A stretch of DNA of 64,000 nt, taken from the NCBI RefSeq assembly GCF_036321535.1, contig NC_087447.1, positions 48,362,001 through 48,426,000 on the forward strand, read 5' to 3'. Position 1 is the stretch's first letter. Each line of letters starts with the position of its first letter. The DNA is from Camelus dromedarius. Its lineage: Eukaryota. A program made the position numbers and the translations under genes. The notes beneath the pieces are model-generated. The model was not told where the DNA came from, did not search any database, and saw only the letters and a list, made by a program, of their open reading frames with translations. This document shows, piece after piece, positions 46,551 through 58,396 of the stretch.

Positions 46551-47073
46551 CTGAGGGACACCCCGCAGCAGCGTGAGGAGCTTGGTAGGGGGTGGATGGG
46601 GCTGTGTGCAAGGGGGCCTGCCTGGGGCTGAACCTCAGAACAAGCATGATCATAGTGTCACATCCCAGTAAAAATGATAGGTTTATGCAGCAGTTTCCAT
46701 CTTGCAAACTGTTGTACATGGTGTGGTGTTGGATCCTCAGGGAAAAAGGAGGGCAGACTTTTTCTCACTACAGGTGGTCAGTGGCTTGCCCAAACTCACA
46801 CACTGCTTCCTTCCTCCTTCTTCTCACTTTATGGTTTACAAAGCAGGCAAGGCCATGAAAGGCCCTGGCACATCATGCCAAGGAATTAAGATCTTTTGGT
46901 CTCGGGTGATGGTGATGGGCAGGCAGCGAGGCAGGGTCGTGGGCAGTGGGGTGAGTGGCCTGCTCAGGGTTCTCTGTGAGGAAGAGCAGGCGGGCAGATG
47001 CTGGAGGTGCTGCGGTGGAGAACTCAGCCTCTCCATTGATGTCATCAGTGACCCTTGGCCAAAGGGCACCTAC

Positions 47074-47199
47074 CTGCAGGCGGACCTTGGCCGTGTCCAG
47101 TGGGAAGGTGATAAGGTCAGCAAAGCAGGCTGCCATGCCCGCCCCCAGGAACTTCACCGCCGTTGTGGGAGGCACCTCTGAAGGCTTCAGTCCAACCAT
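47074..47199 (-). CDS. UCP3: UCP3 exon 2 coding part (exon begins at 47288)
   Basis: accATGG start; [42 protein letters not shown] |gtagg. Confidence 0.97.
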
Positions 47200-50100
47200 G
47201 GTCCCAGAGGCTCAGTCCCTCCAGGGCCCAGTGGAGGTCCAAGGAGAGAGGCTGCTCTGTGGGCCTGGGCTTCAGTGCATGGAGGAGGCTGCAAGAGACA
47301 GGCCCGGGGAGGGGTTGGCACCTGTGCCCTCTGGGCCAGTCCCCAGGCTCCTCTCAGCACCAGGAGGGGATTTATAAGTGAAAAGCCTGGGCATGGCCAT
47401 GCTTAGCTCTGTGGATTTGATTTATAAAAACAGGTCATTTTCCTCCCTTTTCTCCTGCCATCCTCACCCTGCCCCCTCCTCCTCTTCCCCCTGCTGAGAT
47501 GGGTCCTCATTGTCTAGAGGAGGAAACCTTGGCTCAGGCAGGGACAGATCTGGTGCTGACTCCACACCCCAACCCCGTTCTCCTTCCCCAGCACCCAGCT
47601 GCTTTCTGGGAAAGGTCTGCTCCCCGAGGTGTGTGGAGAGTCTGGTCCTTCATCCCAACCCAACAAAGTAAACATGCCTCGTGGCTCAATTAAACTGCTG
47701 ATCATCTTGGATGAAGTGCTTTTTTTTTTTCTAAGTCTATCTGAATATACTCAGGTATCTGTTTACTTAAAATCCTTCTCAGCCTGTAATTCCTTCTGTC
47801 ACTAAGGGCATTGAGTCTGTGACTAGAAGTATTTCCTCCCAACATTGTAGGACTCCTGGGCTGATGCTCTGCTGTGGAGACCAGCCCCAGGCCAGTCTGC
47901 TGCTCTGCCTCCCAGGGAGGTGGGGCTGAGGGGGTCCTGCCACTGATCTCTGTGGTGGTGTCTGCTGACCTCCCTGGCTCAGCACATGCCCTTTCTTTAC
48001 TCACACTTCTTACACCCTCAGAAGGATGAGCTTCTCAGAAGCCAGAGGAGGATCAGCCTTGGTCAAGGGAATGTGCCTCCTCCCTGCCCCCAGGGGAGCA
48101 TTTGTGCCTGCCCCCATCTTACTGCTTGTGGACGAGAGCCATGTTTACATCTGAGGGTCCTGGTTTAGCCTTGCTTACCTTGGGAAGCTGGCACACCTGT
48201 TGCCCTGCGTTCTTAGAATCTGGACTTCTAGGCATGAGGCCTTTGGTACTGATGCCATCTCTTAGCAGTTCACACCCACTGGCACCCCAACTCCCGTACC
48301 ACCCCATTGTGTGCTGGGATCCTGGACCCGTCAGCATCCTCACCCCTGGAGCCAGGGCCAGTCCCACAGAGTTGTGAAGAGGGCAGCGTGTGCGCCCCTT
48401 CTTTATAGTAACAGAAAATCCTCTAGTCCTGTGGTGAGGAAACTCAAGTTCCTGCCCTGTCTTCCCGGCTTAATGATGGGTTATAGGACCTTGGATATGT
48501 TATTTAACGTCTCTTGGGTAAATGAGAATAGTATATTACCTGTTCACCAGTGGTAAATTGGATGCCAAAAGATAGTGGTGACCATTTGAAGCTTCTTTCA
48601 GGACTGCCGCCTGCAGCTCTGGTTCTCCCTGTGCTGTCTTCTCAACCCACACGGCTCCTTGGACTCTTAAGCCTGTTGTCACCTTTCCCTGGAGAAGTCT
48701 GTTCTTAAGGAGCTGATGTTTTAATTCATGTTAAGGTGTAAGTGACTATCTTAATGATCAGATATTTCTTGACCACTCTGGTAGGTACTAGGGAAGGAAG
48801 GATATGGAACGAATCATGTTTGGCCCTTGCTGTCAAGGAGCTTATATTCAGGAAGACTGATAGGTGTAGAATTATCTGAAGAGAACAAGGAAGGTGAGAT
48901 GGGGGGGATGGGTTGAGATTGGAGCTCACCAGCTGCTGGGTCCCGGTCTGGAAGCCTGGGTCTAATGTAGAGGAACAGCTTTGAATCCTGCTTTGAGGAT
49001 GGGGGTGCTTTTATTTTGATGTTTCCCAGCATAAAGTTGCATTTAAGATTCATTTTTATTTCTAAAGCTTTTAAAATTGAGATATAATTAACATACCATG
49101 ATTTTATGCATTTTGATAGTCACCAAGCTATAAAGGGAATTAGGCATTGATTCTGGAATGTTGGGTCTGAACAGCAAATGCTAATTTTCTGCATGGGGAC
49201 CTCATCTAGTGTCCAAGCATAATTCAGATCATGTCACTTCCCTTTTTAAAAATTCTTCACCCACTATGCCCCCACCATTATTCAGAACAAAGTCCAAAGT
49301 CCTTGCCATGACCTGTGGACCTCCCTATGACCCACTTCATGCTAAGTTCTGTGCTTGGCGCTCCAGGAAATCTGGAGAAGAGTAGTCTGTGTGACCTGCC
49401 CACAGGGGACTCTCAAGGAGTCTTGTGACAAACCCACAAATAACTGTCGGGCTGGATGGGCTGGATCATGTCCGAAGGAGGGAACCATCAAGAAGGGACT
49501 CAAAGGAGGGAGAAACCCTCTCTCTTGTTTGAGAGGTGGAATTAGAACAGTTTCATGGTGAGAGGTGGAAGGAGGGCTTTGAAAGGTGGGCAGGATGTCA
49601 GCAGCTGGAGAAGTGGGAGGGGAGTTCCAGGTTCAGGGAAGGGCACAAGCTTGAGTGAGAGTCCAGGCCCGGCTTCAGGTAGGAGGAGGGAATGGCTACT
49701 GGGCTGCGAGGCCTTTGCAGTGGAGCTTTATGACACGATCTCACCGAATTCTCACAACTTTCCCGAGAGGCAGCTTTCCCCCTTTTCTCCCCTGCTTTTC
49801 GGTGAGCAAACCAAGGCTTGGAAATGTTGGCTTGCTCAGTACTACCAGCCACCAGTGTCAGGGCCTGGTCCACTCTGCTCTGCTGGGCTTGAAACAGCCT
49901 TGGAAAGAGGCCAGGACAGTGTTTAAATCCATCTGACAGATGAGCAAAGAAAGGCTTAAGATGGAAAGAGACTTCCTCAAATTCACAGTACTCCAGCCAG
50001 TTTCTTGTGAAGGCAATAAAGCTCCCTTCACGGGTCATTCTACTCAGGGGCCCCAGTGGAAGTGGGAGTGTGGGTATCTACCATCTTCCCTTTTTGCTGA

Positions 50101-52645
50101 GGACAGTCAAAGCCCTTCACAGTTACTTAATTATATGCCAACCCCGTCTCTGGGGAATTAAATGCTAAGCCTATGGAACAACAGCTTGGTGAGGAAGGCT
50201 GGGCAGGCATCACTGTCCAGTTTGGCAGAGGAAGAAAATGTGCCCAGAGAGGCTGAGATCCGTGCACCTGGCACAGTGGGGCCTCGGGCTCCCTCTGCAG
50301 TGCTCCCCACACCGCCTATCTGTCTGCCTTTCTGTGCTGCCTCCCTGAGAGGGTCCAAGGAGAATTTGGCTCCTTGGGAGGCTGGTGTGGAGCTGAACCT
50401 GGACAGCACTGCAGATGTGCTAGGGGAACGTGGCCTCCACCTGCCTCCTTCCTCACTCCCTTTTGCCCTGCAGAAGCCCCGAAGCTGCCAGGCAGGCCCA
50501 GTCCCCAGCAGGGAGGCTGTGGCTCCTCTGTCCGGGGCTGGAATGCATGTGCGGTATGTGTTGGAGCACCTGCCTCTCTCAGTGCCTGCATCCTGTTAGC
50601 CCTGCTTCCCTGGAGCCCTGGCATGTCCCTTGCTCTTCCCTCCTCTGACAGGAGCGGGACTGCTCTGAACCTCAGATTCAGGAATTTGAGATCCTGACTC
50701 TTAAGGCAGAGACCTTCTCTTGGAGAGACCCTGGGGCTTGTGTTCTCTAGTGTCTCTTATAGGCTGTACGAGTGTCCCTTCTTCAAACCTCTGGAAGCCA
50801 CCCAGGCTCTAATACAAGAAGCCTACACTTCCACTTATGAGTTATGAACTGAGGAGCAGAGGTGGGATTCGTCCAGGGCTGTGTGACTCGGTGCATCCCC
50901 TGCCCTTGGCCCCTGGTGTGGAGTGTTCAGGCCCTGCAGGGAGCACTTTGTGGGCTTTGCCCTATGGGCTGGGTCTGTCTCCCTGGGGACACCTGTGTCC
51001 CCTGAGCAGGGGCTGACTGTCAAGCACTGCTTCCATTCTGAACCTCCTCTGTCCTCAGCTGCCTCTGTCCTACACCTTCTTTAGAATTAGCCCATTAACT
51101 GCAATGGTTTCCCCCCTAGATGGGGCCCTAAATCTGGGACAGGGGCTACTTATCTTGCTGCTCTGTGCAGCCTGGTACAGGGATGGCCCAGGGAAGATCA
51201 GTTGACCAACAGACCCCCACTTGCTGAGGTGGAGAAATGGGCAACAAGATGAGATGTTGTTCTTTGAGGGCCTCAGATGCCACAGCTATACTTAATCTAG
51301 CAGAGAAAGGGGACTTGTTCGTGGTTCTCAAGTTGAGGAATGACACCATCATTCCTGTGTTTGGATCATGGTGGTGCAGATGTAGAGGATGGATTAGAAG
51401 GGAGTGACTAGAGGCTAAGAGACCAGTGAGGAGGTTGATGGGAGGCAGCAAGTGGTGGAGGAGCCTGAACTCGGACAAGAGCAGAGGCAAGGGATGGAGC
51501 CGGAGCCCATTCTAGAGGCTGTCCTGACCCCTCTGTGGGAGGGATGGGCATGGGCTCAGGCAGGGAGGGCTCTAGACTTTGACTGGTTAAGTTGGGGTGG
51601 GGTGGGGGAGACCACAGTTGGCCCAGGTAGGGGCTCTGAGGTCAATGCTCCCCAACCTCCTCCCCCCTTTACTCTAGCCTCCTGAATTGCTACATTGGTA
51701 CTTGGGGAGCACCAGCAGACCTTTGTGAAAGTGAAGCATGGGGCAGAACCCTCCTCCTTGTCGCCCTGCTGGGGCATGTGAGGAATGGGGAGTTCTAGCC
51801 TCTATGACACAGCATAGTGGTGCCCCGTTCATGTGCTTCCATATCAGGCATTGAGCTGAGGGCTTTACAGGCACTGACTAATTCAACCCTATTTATAAGG
51901 CTACATCGCTATGATTGTCTCCATTTCAAACACAAGGGCCCTGGGGCTTCGAGGGCTTCAGCTAATCATAAGGCTAAAGAGTGAAGCTGGGATTGGAGTC
52001 CAGAGCCCCTGCCTCTTCACCACCCAGAGTCTCAGACCTCCAGGAGAGCTCAGGATCCTGGAGCTGCTTGTTTACTGAGTGGATTCGTGGCCCTCAACCC
52101 CAGAGATCCCGATATAGGGCTGAGCTGGGGCCTGGGAATCTGCATTAGAAACAAGTTCTCCATGGTGGTTCTGAATCAGGGTTCAGAGGACCCTGTTCTG
52201 GGATGCTGTGCCCGACCCCACCCTCCTAGCAAAGCCTCTACTGCATCCCCACCAAGGAAGCTGTCTGAGCAGAGCCAGGGGTGCCCCCCAACCCCTTCTC
52301 AGGAAAGGGGTTCTCATGGGGAAAGGGTTTTATACTCTGGAAGAATCCTGGGGAGTCTGGGTCAGACTAAGGAGAAAGCCACATCCCATCTACGGGGATT
52401 TGCTAAATCATAGCAGGGGCAGCCAGCAGAGCAAGGGGGAAGCGAGTCCTGGGTGAGTGACACAGGTGTTGGGGTTGAGTCCCAGCCCGGCCACAGCACC
52501 CTCATCAGGGCTGCAATTCCGTCTTGTCTCAATCTCTACGGGCTCTGTCCTGCTACTGCTGGTGAACCCTGACAGCTCCTGGCTGCTCTCTGGGCGGCTG
52601 TGAGGGGAGAACTTGGAGGAAGGCAGGGTGGAGATGGGGTCTTAC

Positions 52646-52760
52646 CTGTGAGTCCAGCCAGGGTGGAGGAAGCACAGGGCCTCCTTAAGGCTCCTCAGGG
52701 CTCCATCCTAGGAGGTGGCAGGAAGGATCTGATTGCCCCTTTGCCATTCTCTGTTGTCTC
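52646..52760 (-). other. UCP3: UCP3 exon 1 (5' UTR; TSS approximate)
   Basis: ...GGACTCACAG|gtaaga donor, downstream of the TATA box. Confidence 0.85.
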
Positions 52761-52777
52761 TGCCGTCTCCGGCTTGG

Positions 52778-52813
52778 CACCTGTCTTTATACACTCCCGC
52801 TGACCTGAAACCT
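52778..52813 (-). promoter_or_regulatory. UCP3 core promoter: DR1, TATA box and E-box
   Basis: Minus strand AGGTTTCAGGTCA (52813-52801), the known UCP3 PPAR/RAR/TR element; TATAAA (52791-52786); CAGGTG E-box (52783-52778). Confidence 0.85.
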
Positions 52814-52918
52814 TACCCTAGAGAAGCTAGTTGACAGCTTGATCACTTGACCAGAGGTGGCTGGTGAGGGGGAAGGTCAGAGTTCCAGATCTGCTTCAGC
52901 TCCTTTGACTTGGGGTTC

Positions 52919-52928
52919 TTTAAAATAG
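52919..52928 (-). promoter_or_regulatory. MEF2-like site upstream of UCP3
   Basis: CTATTTTAAA, one mismatch from YTAWWWWTAR, upstream of a muscle-expressed gene. Confidence 0.4.
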
Positions 52929-53184
52929 CTCCTCCCAGATGATGAAAGAAGAGCTACCTCGGGTGATAAGGGCATATATGGGGTTGGGGGTGCTTGGACC
53001 TCTCTCTTGAGAGTCCAAAGGTCAAGGCCTCCCATGATAGGCTGGGCAGGGCTCTCCCGGTCCTCCTCTTAATGCTAACAATGATAACTATCATTTCCTG
53101 GTGCCTACTATGTGCTAGAAACTTTACATACGTTATTTCTATTTTTCACAATCCTATGAGGTAGGTTTTGTAAGGAGTCTAAGT

Positions 53185-53550
53185 TTTTTAAATAAAGCTT
53201 TATTGAGATGTAATTTGCATATCACACAAATCACCCATTTAAAGAGTACAGTTCAGTGGTTTTTAGTGTATTCACAGTTATGTGACCATCAATCATCACA
53301 GTCAATTTTAGAGCATTTTCCTTAATCCCTGCACCCTGCTAAATATCCCCATACACATCAGCAGTCACTTCCTTTCTCCCCTCCCTCCAGCCCCAGTCAC
53401 TAATCTACTTTCTGTCTCTATAGATTTCCTTGCTCTGAACATTTCATGTAAATAGAATCATACAATATATGACCTTTTGGGACTGGCTTCTTTTACTTAG
53501 CATGATTCATCTGTGTTGGAGCATGTATCAGTACTTCTTCCTTTTTATGG
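53185..53550 (-). mobile_element. Old L1MB-like 3' end
   Basis: ctttattgagatgtaatt ... taatctactttctgtctctatagattt. Confidence 0.75.
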
Positions 53551-53567
53551 CTGAGTATCCACACCTT

Positions 53568-55025
53568 AAAAATTTTTTTTTTAAATTGAAGTATAGTCAC
53601 AATGTACAGTTACACGGTGTCAATTTCTGGTGAACAGCACACTGTCCCAGTCATGCATATATATGTACATATATTTGTGTTCATATTCTTCTCCATTAAA
53701 GGTTATTATAAGATATTGAATATAGTTCCTTGTGCTATATGGAAAAAATTTGCTTTTTTAATCTACTTTCATATATAGTGACTAACATTTGCAAATATCA
53801 AACTATCAAATTTATCCCTTCCCACCCCCTTTCCCTGGTAACCATAAGATTGTTTACTATGTCTTGTAGTCTGTTTCTGTTTTGTTGATGAGTTCATTAG
53901 TTCATTACTGTCCTCTTTTTTTTTTTTTTTTCAGATTCCACATATGAGTGATGTATTTTTCTTTCTCTTTCTGGTATACTTCACTTACAGTTATAATCTC
54001 CAGGTCCATCTGTGTTGCTACAAATGGCATTGTTTTATTTTTTATGGCTGAGTAGTATTCCATTGTATAAATTTACTACAACTTCTGTCAATGGACATTT
54101 AGGTTGCTTCCATGTCTTGGATACTATATATAGTGCTGCTATTAACATTAGGGTGCCTGTATCTTTTCGAATTAGAGTTCCTTCTGGATAGATGCCTAGA
54201 AGTGGGATTGGTGGATCATATAGTAAGTCTGTTTTTAGTTTTTTGAGGAATCTCCAAACTGTTTTCCATAATGGCTGTACCAAACAACATTCCCACCAGC
54301 AGTGTAGGATGGTTCCCTTTTCTCCACACCCTCTCCAGCGTTTATCAGTCGTGGATTTTTTTAATGATGGCCATTCTGACTGGTGTGAGGTGATACCTCA
54401 TTGTAGTTTTGAAGTACATTTCTCTGATAGTTAGTGATACTGAGCATTTCTTCATGTGCCTATTGTATGTCTTCATTGGAGAATTGCTTGTTTAGGTCTT
54501 CTGCCTATTTTTGCATTGGGTTTTTTTTCTTATTAAGTTGTATGAGCTGTTTATATATTCTGGAAGTTAAACCTTTTTCAGTCACATCATTTGCTAATAT
54601 TTTCTCCTATTCTGTAAGTTGTTTTGCTTTACTTATGGTTTCCTTTGCTATGCAAAAGCTTCTAAGTTTAATTAGGTCCCAATTTTTTGTTTTTGCTTTT
54701 ATTTCTATTGCTTGGGTAGACTGCCCTCGGAGAACATTGCTAAGATTTATGTCAGAGAATGTTTTGCCTACATTTTCTTCTAGGAGGTTTATCATGTAAT
54801 CTTTTATTTTCTTATATTTAAGACTTTAAGCGATTTTGAGTTTATTTTTATGTATGGTGTGAAGGAGTGTCCTAACTTCATTGATTCACATACTGCTGTC
54901 TAGTTTTCCCAACATGACTTGTTGAAGAGACTGTCTTTTCTCCATTGTTTATTCTTGCCTCCTTTGTCGAAGATTAATTGACCATAGGTCTGTGGGTTCA
55001 TTTCTGGGCTCTCTATTCTGTTCCA
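53568..55025 (-). mobile_element. Relatively young 5'-truncated L1
   Basis: ORF2 C-terminal remnants ([30 protein letters not shown]). TSD CTGAG(T/G)ATCCACACCTT at 53551-53567 and 55026-55042. Confidence 0.9.
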
Positions 55026-57612
55026 CTGAGGATCCACACCTTTTAATACTTATTTTACAGAGGAGAAAACTCTCAGGGAGGGACAATGACTTACTCAGAT
55101 TATACAGCTAATATGTGGCAGGGCCTGATCTCCAGTCTGTGAATTATAGGGTACTTTGGCCCTATCTGCTGTGACCACTATCATCTATGACATGACGCTT
55201 GGAGGCTTCAGCATGGACACTGTCGGAGCCAAAGGGATCTGGGGAGGGTGTGTGGGGCAGGGCAGGAAGGGTCCCCTGAAGCAGCTGCTGTAGGTTCCAT
55301 TGGTAGACACTGAGGGTAAGGGTTGGGCACATCTGAATGTGGGCCCAGGTGACAAGAGGAGAGAAGGGGGCAGGGGAGGATAGAGGCCAAGAGGTGGGAA
55401 GGGAAGGGAGTTAACTGGGTGGGGAAGAGGAGCAGGCAGAGGCCGTTTCTGGACTTGGGCACATAGTTATGGCCATGGGGCAAGTGGTCACAGGTCCCCA
55501 TACTCAAGTGCAAAGGTCCTCCTCCTGGCACCTGCCCTAATGTCAGCAGAACAGGCAGTTGGGTTAGTGCTATGAGGGAAGGGGCTGCTAGGGCCGCTGA
55601 GGTGGGGAAGGCTTGGGAAGTAGGTTCTTGGCTCCACCCACTTCCAGAGCAGCCTGGAGGTGGTGGGTGAACTGCAGCCAGATGGGGAGGGCTCAGCAGT
55701 AGAACCTAAACAAGGGGGCAGTGGGCCCTGGAGAAACCCAGAGGGCGGGCAGTCTCCACTCATGTGGGCCTAGTAGGAGCTCTCTGAAGGCAGGGCTAGG
55801 CTTGTCTGCTTTACTCCCTGTCCCCAGGATCCAGCCTGCATTTAGAAGTTCCAAAGTTGGCTGCTCTGGGCTGGGATCAGCCACCCTCTGGGTGATCAGA
55901 AACACCCATTTTCAGGGCTCTGTGGAGGGAGTGCTCAAAGGGAAGTGGGGAGACATTGGCTTGGCTGGTTCTACTGGTGGTGGTGGGAACAAGTAAGTAC
56001 CTCATACCCTCAACCTGTGCTGCATGCTTGGCAAGGCATTTACATCTGAGCTGTTACTGGGAAATAGGTCCAACTTCTGGGGAGAAGATAATAGTAAATA
56101 ACACACTCTGTAAACGGAGGCAGGGGTTTCAGACCCTCAGGGTGCCTCTGTTACTGGACTTTGCCCTCAGTCTGGTTAGGAGCCACACCTGTCCTCCTGT
56201 GGCCTTATCCTGACTTGACCCTGATCAAGTTATTTGCAGGAGCTGGGGCAGGATTTGGAAGGAGTATTCTTCACCTGAGGCTTAACCCCTCAGGCCTGGG
56301 CCCCTGACTGCCCGTCTGTAGGTCCCCTGAGGCCTCAAGGGAGGTGAAGACCTGCGCCTTGAAAGCTCCTTGCAGGCAAGTGGCTGGTGACCTGAGAGGG
56401 GGTGAGCTGACAGGGTGAAGGTTGGGGGTGTCGAGATGAACAGATGGAGGAGGACATGCTGGTCTGAGGGCAGCTGACTGATGAGGAGAACACCCTGTCT
56501 TTCCTCAGGGTTCCTGCATCACCCTGTCCCCTCTGGGGTATGTCCTGCCTGTCTCAGTGTTACTGGCCTGTTTGCCTATCTGAGGATTTGCTCCGGGAGA
56601 GTAGGGGAGGAGTGGGAGGGGCTGACATTTCCTAAGCTTCCACTAAGTGCCAAGTGCAGGCGAAGCACTTTCACAAATGTCATCTCATTTAATCTTCACA
56701 ACCACCCTGTGAAGCTGGGGTTCTTATCTCTGGTTTACAGATGAGGCAACAGAGACTCAGATACAGGGGTAGTCAGGCCAGAGGGGACCTTTCAGGGAAG
56801 TGGCAGAGCCAGACTCGTCTTTTCTCTCTCCCCAGCTGCATGGGCCCCGAATGCCCCCCTGGTTCTCTCTGGGCTCACTCCAGACTTAGCTCTTCAAGGA
56901 AGCCTTCTCTGATTGCTCCAGCCCACATGATTTCCCCCATGAATTTCTTGAACTCAGAGCACTTAACTGGCTGTACCCTGGGCATGGAAGCCGTGGGACA
57001 TATCTGGAGGTGTCTTGTGTGGTGATTTACCTCCTAGGTACGTGAATAGAGCAAGACACTTCACTTCATTGAGCTTCAGTTTAACTCTAAAATGGGAATC
57101 ATAATATGTGGCCTATAGAGTTATTCTGAGGACTGAGTGAAATGACCTGTGCTTGGGGGTGGAAAGCGGGGCCCCCCATCTTAGTTTCAACCTTAACCTT
57201 CCCTCCCAGCCACTCTGCGTATCTCTGTCCCCTTCTAATCTTCCCCACAAGCGCTGTCTAAGACAGCTGCTCAAATGTTTGAATCTGACTGTCTAAGCCA
57301 GAGCTACCTACTCATCCCAGAGAGATGGGGGATTCTGAGTGGGCCTGTGCCATGAGACCCCTTCACTTTGCTGATAGATTTGAGGCACCAGCAAAGGAAA
57401 TACTACGCATCACTCTAATCTGGACTAACCTAATCTTTGAAGGAGTCAGAAATCTCATGGCGACCTTGGCCACAGGTTCCAGATCAGCTTCTCTGAGGGA
57501 CTGTATAGCTGTTAAGCTTTCTCTCTGGCTGTTAGAGCACAAATGCCTGACACCCCAGTCCGGTGGCCAACCCAGGAAACACTTGTGTACAGAATACAAA
57601 TACTGATATGAT

Positions 57613-57618
57613 TTTATT
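57613..57618 (-). terminator. C2CD3 poly(A) signal
   Basis: Minus-strand AATAAA about 640 nt after the stop, followed by a T/GT-rich tract. Confidence 0.7.
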
Positions 57619-58255
57619 CAAACACAGGCAGGAACAATGACCTTCAGAGCTGGGTAAAAACACTAAGTTAAAAGCATGGTTAGAATTTCAGACAATCAGA
57701 TAAAAAATGTGAAGGAGGTAATTTCCTCCTCTCCTATTGATTAATTCAACACAGCATAAAAATACATTATACCTATAAAGTACCCTTATTCCCAAGCAAA
57801 TGAACTGGAGGTGGCCCTAGGATTTCCTTGGCTATGATTGATGCACACAATGTCTACCCACCTGCACCACCCTCCTCAACCTTTAAGGCAAAAGGGCCTG
57901 TCATATTCAGGCAGAGAAGGCTCGTATCAGCAGGAGGCTCGGTCAAGGACATTGAGATGGGTTTCTCAGCTGAAAGCTGCCTGCTTGGGTTCCTTGGTCA
58001 AAAGATGAGTGGGTCACTTGGGCACGGAAATCCATGCTGTTTCAAGCCTTTGCCTTGCCATAGCAGGAGGAAGCTGAAGTCCTGGCAAGTGGCCACTGGT
58101 CTGGTTTGGGATGCTGACTGGCACCGAGGGACTAGGCTAGTGGTGGTTTCAGGGTTCTCAAAGCCCTGAGGAAAGCAAACCTGGGGCCTCCTGCGAGCTG
58201 GATAAGGCTGAAGGAGGGTGGGCAGGTGGACCTTCTGTCAGTCTCTCCAGCTGCA

Positions 58256-58396
58256 TTAGTCTTTCTGGGAGTATTGGGAAGAAAATATCCGTGCGATCCT
58301 GCGAGTTTCTTCCTCAGGCAGGGTGGGAGGCAGCGAAGTAGGTCTGGGGCGACAAGGCTTTTGGGTCAGGGCTCCCCTGGTGGCCTCGTTCTTGTC
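58256..58396 (-). CDS. C2CD3: C2CD3 (centriolar C2-domain protein) last coding exon
   Basis: ctcttcctctccag| DKNEATRGALTQKPCRPRPTSLPPTLPEEETRRIARIFSSQYSQKD TAA. Recognised C2CD3 C-terminus; syntenic next to UCP3. Confidence 0.88.
   Translation of the reverse strand, partial: DKNEATRGALTQKPCRPRPTSLPPTLPEEETRRIARIFSSQYSQKD

Larger units (their letters stand above)
41300..47199 (-). other. UCP3: UCP3 coding span (6 coding exons, 311 aa; SLC25A9)
   Basis: complement(join(41300..41414,43994..44174,44648..44749,45881..46081,46340..46550,47074..47199)) = 936 nt, open frame. Confidence 0.98.

Noticed and set aside
54035..54799. ORFs with protein-like sequence upstream of UCP3
   Set aside because: Broken L1 ORF2 remnants and their antisense frames.
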